From the IMG/VR virus record IMGVR_UViG_3300025010_000048, positions 1 through 64,000 of that record: DNA of 64,000 nucleotides; one strand, given 5' to 3'. The notes beneath the pieces were generated by a model. It was not told the DNA's origin. It worked only from the letters and a program-made list of their open reading frames with translations, and searched no databases. The stretch comes from a virus. This document shows, one piece after another, positions 60,707 through 64,000 of the stretch. The position numbers and the translations under genes are program-made. The stretch's first letter is position 1. Every line of letters begins with the position of its first letter.

Positions 60707-61832
60707 TTACTGAACGGCATATTTAAGCATTAACAGAGCAATTCCATAATTAATTAACGCACCTGCCGGAACTCCGCAACCCCAAGCAATAGCCATATTT
60801 TTAAAAAAACTTCTTTCATAAGAAAGTCTGGATAAAATTAATACGGGAGTTAGACCGCCAAAAAACATTCCGGTCAAGAAAGTTATACCGTTGATTGTGT
60901 CTATGGTCAATTACTTTTCCTCCTTCTCTATTTCTTTGATGTCAAAAACAATCCCTTCGCACCACGGTTGTCCATCCTCAAAAACATCAAATGTGGCATG
61001 GGGAATAGATGTTTCGTAAGTCCAAAAATATTTTCCTTTATTGCAAATAACTTTAATGGACCTAGTTTTCTTTTTAGCTATTAGGGAATATTTACATTCA
61101 CACTCGCAATCTTCAAATAGACCGTCCTTATTAAGTAAAATTTCCCCTCCATTATAGCAACCAACTTCATCATAAATAAAACCTCTCAGTTCTGCATGAT
61201 CGTCTGAATAGCCGAAAATAACAACAAAACCAAGTTCTTTAGCCTGCAATTCTTCTTCTTTAGTAATCTCTTTTCCCATTTCTCTTCCATTTAGTATTGC
61301 CGCAAATTCAAATATGTTCAATTTACTTTTCCTCCTTCTTTTTCTTGGGTTTAGTAACTATCAACCCAATTAACTGATCTTTATTTATACTGCCCACGTA
61401 ATTTAATTTACCCACATTGACTGCCCGCTTACACCACTCAAAACCTTGGCAAGTAAAGCAAAATTGGCTTATTGATTCTTCTCCCTCAGGCAATCTTAAA
61501 TCAAGTTCCTTCACCGAAACGCAGTCCCAAAGTTCTAAAAACTTCTTAACCCGTTCAACTAGCCTGATATAATGGTTGTCACGATAAATATAAGTACCTA
61601 TGCCCCACTTGCCAGACATTTCACTCTGTTGTCCATTATTAAATTTTATTTTATCGTTATGCCAATTATAAATCTCCTTAGTTGTGCAACATTCTAAATC
61701 AGGGGTAAAATCGTGCGGATCGTCAGGTAAAGCAAGTCCGTATCCGACATATATTGCCCTATCTTCTAAATAAGGTAATATCTCTGCAAGAAAATCATAA
61801 TGTAGTGCTAACGTTAAATACTCTCTCCTCAA
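60707..61832 (-). CDS. leftward hypothetical genes (60707-60910 membrane, 60911-61321, 61323-61832)
   Basis: Coupled ORFs; the upstream gene ends carry an identical AGAAGGAGGAA RBS. Confidence 0.65.
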
Positions 61833-61969
61833 TTGGCTTCCTCCTTCTTCAATAATTCCTCAATAGCCTTCTGAACAAGTCTAGTCTGAGGTATCATCGT
61901 TTTATCCGAGAGTTTCTTTAATCTCTCAATAACTTCCTCGTCAATGGTATATGTTACGGATTTTTTCAT
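61829..61969 (-). CDS. ribbon-helix-helix regulator (46 aa)
   Basis: KKSVTYTIDEEV.ERF.KLS.KT.IP..RLV..AI. Confidence 0.78.
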   Translation of the reverse strand: MKKSVTYTIDEEVIERLKKLSDKTMIPQTRLVQKAIEELLKKEEAN

Positions 61970-62063
61970 ATCGCACCTCCTAGAATATTATACAATAGTT
62001 ATATTGCTAAGTAAATACTTTTTATACCGCAAACGGTAAATTTATACCGCAAAATAAAGGACA

Positions 62064-62258
62064 AAAAAATAAGACCTTCGGGAGGTCTTGGAATAATTAT
62101 TGAGTACACTACTAGAAGTTTCCTGTCGGGCAATGACTACCGACCGGGTAAATCGCTAATGTGTTAAAAAGATTGAAGTAAGGAGGATGTCACCTGCCTC
62201 TCATGTTAGATTTGTTGGAGTTATTATATTATTCGCCATCGTGGGTTGTTTTTCCTGC
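62064..62258 (-). ncRNA. putative sigmaH-driven small RNA (about 155 nt) with terminator
   Basis: GCAGGA-18-GAAT promoter (62258-62231); no convincing ORF; AAGACCTCCCGAAGGTCTT + T-run terminator. Confidence 0.5.
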
Positions 62259-62279
62259 TTGATGGTAGTATAATATGAG

Positions 62280-62406
62280 TAAGCGGTGACAGAGTGGTAT
62301 CGTTAAAACCGTGGGGTACGGTGAGAAATCTGTGGGCGTGGGCTTTTGTTGTCCCGGTTCGGAAGGGCGCAGATGGAATTGCAAGGTTCGAGTCCTTGTC
62401 CGCTTA
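62280..62406 (+). ncRNA. tRNA-like RNA lacking a normal anticodon arm
   Basis: TAAGCGG/CCGCTTA acceptor, D loop AGAGTGGTA, T arm GCAAGG-TTCGAGT-CCTTGT; starts just after a TATAAT at 62269. Confidence 0.7.
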
Positions 62407-62526
62407 TTAATGCCACTATCACTACATCCCTTGGTTTATATCAAGGACTAGGTGATTAGGGCATTTAAAATCCGACATTACTGCAACATGAATCAATTCA
62501 TGGTTTTGTGTCGGATAGAAGGTAGA

Positions 62527-62649
62527 TTGGGTGGAGGCGCAAAGAGTGACGCTATATCTAAGACCTGGAAGTGAGTCCGTTTCGATTCGGACATAGAGCA
62601 TGGTTGCTAGTGCCAGGCATTTGTAGGGTTTAATTCCTTACCCACTCAA
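62527..62649 (+). ncRNA. second tRNA-like RNA with a large branched insert
   Basis: TTGGGTGG/CCACTCAA acceptor, GCG..CGC D arm, GTAGGG-TTTAATT-CCTTAC T arm, internal GTCCG-TTTCGATT-CGGAC. Confidence 0.6.
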
Positions 62650-62743
62650 AGCATATCTACCAATTGTCCAAGAGACGCAATGCAGGGCGTTGAGGATTAA
62701 CGGCAGTAATCGTTACTTCTGCGCGTGAGGTGTGACCTGTCGG

Positions 62744-62778
62744 GCAAAACTCTCTCTAACCGGGGGAGTTTTGTTTTA
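62744..62778 (+). terminator. terminator of the ncRNA cluster
   Basis: GCAAAACTCTCTC/GGGGGAGTTTTGT followed by TTT. Confidence 0.7.
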
Positions 62779-62801
62779 CCGTATAAAGGAGATAATGGCG
62801 T

Positions 62802-63170
62802 ATGAAAATAAGAATAAATAAGCAAAATAAAGACGCATATATTAAAACATTAACTGATAGTTTGGTTAGATTTATAGATTTCTGTAATAAATCTAACGAT
62901 GATAAATATGTTCCATATAGAGATATTGCAGAAGATGTTTTAGTTAACTATAATAAAATATCATTAAACGTATTGCAATTTTGCTTTGACGTAAAAAATA
63001 TAGACTGCATTGTATATCCTAGCAATATGCTTCGCGTTATGTATGCTTTTAGGGATTATGTCTATAACGGAAAAGAATTGCTATCTATATATGAGCAGCA
63101 GGAAAAATCTAAAAAATATCACCATTTTGATTTTAGTGTAAAAAAACCTAAGACATTGACCAATATTTAA
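62802..63170 (+). CDS. hypothetical AT-rich moron
   Basis: AAGGAG RBS; lower GC than flanks. Confidence 0.6.
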   Translation: MKIRINKQNKDAYIKTLTDSLVRFIDFCNKSNDDKYVPYRDIAEDVLVNYNKISLNVLQFCFDVKNIDCIVYPSNMLRVMYAFRDYVYNGKELLSIYEQQEKSKKYHHFDFSVKKPKTLTNI

Positions 63171-63348
63171 ACATAAAAACCCCGGCAACCATCCGGAAAT
63201 TCCGGACAGTTAACCAGGACTGCTTTTTTATTTCCGCAATTTTGGTACCGACATTCATGTCGAGAACAATAGTTCGTAAAATAAAATAAAAACCCCGGCA
63301 ACCTGTAAGGAATACTCACAAGTTCCGGGGTTGAAGTTAATTCGCGTA

Positions 63349-63564
63349 TTATAGTTTTTCCGTTTTGTCAGTATCCTTATTCATTTCTGAGCCAACCAAG
63401 AATCTACCGCCAGCAGCTAGACCTATGCTTGTGCCGAAAATGAATATCAACTCTCTTATGCTGTCTAATGGTTTACCTGCTAGACAGGTGTATAGGTATG
63501 TAGCCAAACAAACAGCCATACATGCCGCAAAAAACCAGTCCATTTTAGTGAATTCTTTTTTCAT
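63349..63564 (-). CDS. putative holin
   Basis: Two TM segments, charged C-terminus, AGGAGG RBS, downstream of the amidase. Confidence 0.55.
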   Translation of the reverse strand: MKKEFTKMDWFFAACMAVCLATYLYTCLAGKPLDSIRELIFIFGTSIGLAAGGRFLVGSEMNKDTDKTEKL

Positions 63565-63575
63565 TGTCGTACCTC

Positions 63576-63896
63576 CTATTTTATTAGGCAAATAATTAAC
63601 TGCCCCAAATGTAGACTTTGGTCAATCCATAAATCCTTCGTTAGTGCAAATGTTTTATCTTCTTTTCTAGTCTTCCATCTGTCAATGAAGAAGTGACCTA
63701 TTAGCAACATAGCAACCTTCCATCATGCGAATAAGCTAAAATAAATAAGTCCGGCAGATATTACGCCGGACCACATAAACGCATGAGAGAAAAGCAGGTA
63801 GTCAAATTTACCCTTCATGTTAGCCAGAAATTCACCCTGCAGCGGAAAGTCTGCTATGAAATGTAGGGCGATTAGAAAGAATAATGTTGTTATCAT
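63576..63896 (-). pseudogene. DUF3307-like membrane protein with in-frame TGA at 63723-63725
   Basis: HFIADFPLQ...H...FA*WK...HFFID.WK...IDQ.LH motifs lie on both sides of the stop. Confidence 0.75.
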
Positions 63897-63897
63897 C

Positions 63898-64000
63898 TTA
63901 AGCCCTCACTTTCAATTCAAAAGCCATGACGATTCCATAAGCGATCTCGTTGGCCAACTTATTGAGAAATACGGAATCTTTCAGCTTTTCCGCATCCTTC
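63898..64000 (-). CDS. C-terminus of an N-acetylmuramoyl-L-alanine amidase (endolysin), partial
   Basis: KDAEKLKDSVFLNKLANEIAYGI resembles the last helix of Amidase_3. Confidence 0.6.
   Translation of the reverse strand, partial: KDAEKLKDSVFLNKLANEIAYGIVMAFELKVRA

Noticed and set aside
62280-62649. Calling the tRNA-like units true tRNAs
   Set aside because: No 5-bp stem/7-nt anticodon loop at the expected position and no group I intron core in the inserts
45556-63896. Stop-codon reassignment suggested by in-frame TAG and TGA
   Set aside because: Only one case of each; TAG and TGA end many intact genes and long genes are uninterrupted in code 11
1-64000. CRISPR array, diversity-generating retroelement or retron
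   Set aside because: No regularly spaced repeat-spacer array, no reverse transcriptase and no adenine-variable repeat pair seen

Overview
About 64 kb of a temperate, podovirus-like phage of a spore-forming, probably anaerobic Firmicute (inferred from Spo0A-C, Spo0E, AbrB, SpoIIIAC-like and NrdG genes and from sigmaA/E/H-type promoters). Minus strand 1-23.3 kb is the late region: ArpU-type activator, TerS, TerL, portal, scaffold, a major capsid gene split by a group I intron, tail-tubular/adaptor, adsorption and ejection proteins. Plus strand 23.6-60 kb holds early/middle genes: a small-ORF region with two hammerhead ribozymes, a TnpB-only IS, an FtsK + relaxase + SpoIIIAC-like operon, the cI/cro switch, a Com-like regulator preceded by duplicated 7-codon minigenes, initiator + DnaC, a C5 methyltransferase with two nested ORFs, nucleotide metabolism genes and RuvC. 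The right end has a cluster of anticodon-less tRNA-like RNAs and the lysis genes. No integrase is visible; a dif-like site, a countertranscript/attenuator and a Par-like protein suggest a plasmid prophage. Best candidates for new biology: the sigmaE-type FtsK/relaxase/SpoIIIAC operon, the tRNA-mimic cluster, the M(V/I)KCRSD minigenes and a DUF2292-like protein with a dispersed AGRA-loop hairpin. All protein calls are by motif recognition by eye, not database searches; many small hypothetical ORFs are not listed individually.
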